Assembly: GCA_051546255.1 (NCBI GenBank)
Contig: CP128817.1
Location: 1,054,001 to 1,118,000 of the forward strand
Reading direction: 5' to 3'
DNA length: 64,000 nucleotides
Source: Meyerozyma guilliermondii
Lineage: Eukaryota
Shown here piece by piece: positions 63,765-64,000 of the stretch. The notes under the pieces were generated by a model. It was given only the letters and a program-made list of their open reading frames with translations. It did not search any database and was not told the origin of the DNA. How positions within the stretch are numbered: the stretch's first letter is position 1; every line of letters starts with the position of its first letter. Made by a program: the position numbers and the translations under genes.

Positions 63765-64000
63765 CTAGTCTTCAGTAGCGGCAGCTTCACGCCAGTAGTT
63801 TTCAGCATTAAAACGATTTAAAACCTCTAGAGCTTCGTCATCGGTGTTGCTGTACATCACAGACCATTTCTGGAACTGTAGCTCCGTAATTTGTCCCTCC
63901 CACAATAATGTACATTTATTACCTGATAAGTCTGGTGGGGCTTCATTCAGGTCTTTTGGTTGCACAGATTCGGTCCATTTTATACGTCTGAGCATTAATT
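63765..64000 (-). CDS. PRP3: 3' end of U4/U6 snRNP protein Prp3 (gene continues beyond window)
   Basis: LMLRRIKWTE...NKCTLLWEG...FQKWS...ENYWREA C-terminal Prp3 motifs. Confidence 0.85.
   Translation of the reverse strand, partial: LMLRRIKWTESVQPKDLNEAPPDLSGNKCTLLWEGQITELQFQKWSVMYSNTDDEALEVLNRFNAENYWREAAATED

Overview
Gene-dense chromosomal segment of a budding yeast of the CUG-Ser clade. CTG falls at conserved Ser positions in several genes, so the supplied translations show Leu where Ser is meant. The EF-2 sequence and gene set suggest a Meyerozyma/Debaryomycetaceae-type species (inference). Most of the window is housekeeping: USA1-like, MSS51, YOS9, CUS1, complex I 75-kDa subunit, EMC10, RRG7, chitinase, INO1, FAA, ASP1, COA6, TRS120, PUP1, AHA1, SFA1, IDH2, ADE8, EF-2, copper amine oxidase, SFM1, DDL1, RNR1, ATP19 and the PRP3 3' end. 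The main exception is a ~12.8-kb accessory block (24042-~36813) between the divergent ASP1 and COA6 genes, with a broken gene at each end. It contains, in order: a 5'-truncated, decayed MTR4 pseudogene that the ORF track does not resolve; an alpha/beta-hydrolase; a stand-alone biotin-dependent urea-carboxylase-like enzyme with no amidase domain, divergently paired with a LamB/YcsF (PxpA) gene as in Aspergillus lamA-lamB; a DUR3-type transporter; and a frameshifted aldehyde dehydrogenase whose 3' end runs into COA6. This looks like a lactam/cyclic-amide or polyamine nitrogen-scavenging module. Two further features are hidden from the ORF track: a 234-bp tandem duplication giving SFA1 two promoter/first-exon units, and a three-exon ATP19 gene.
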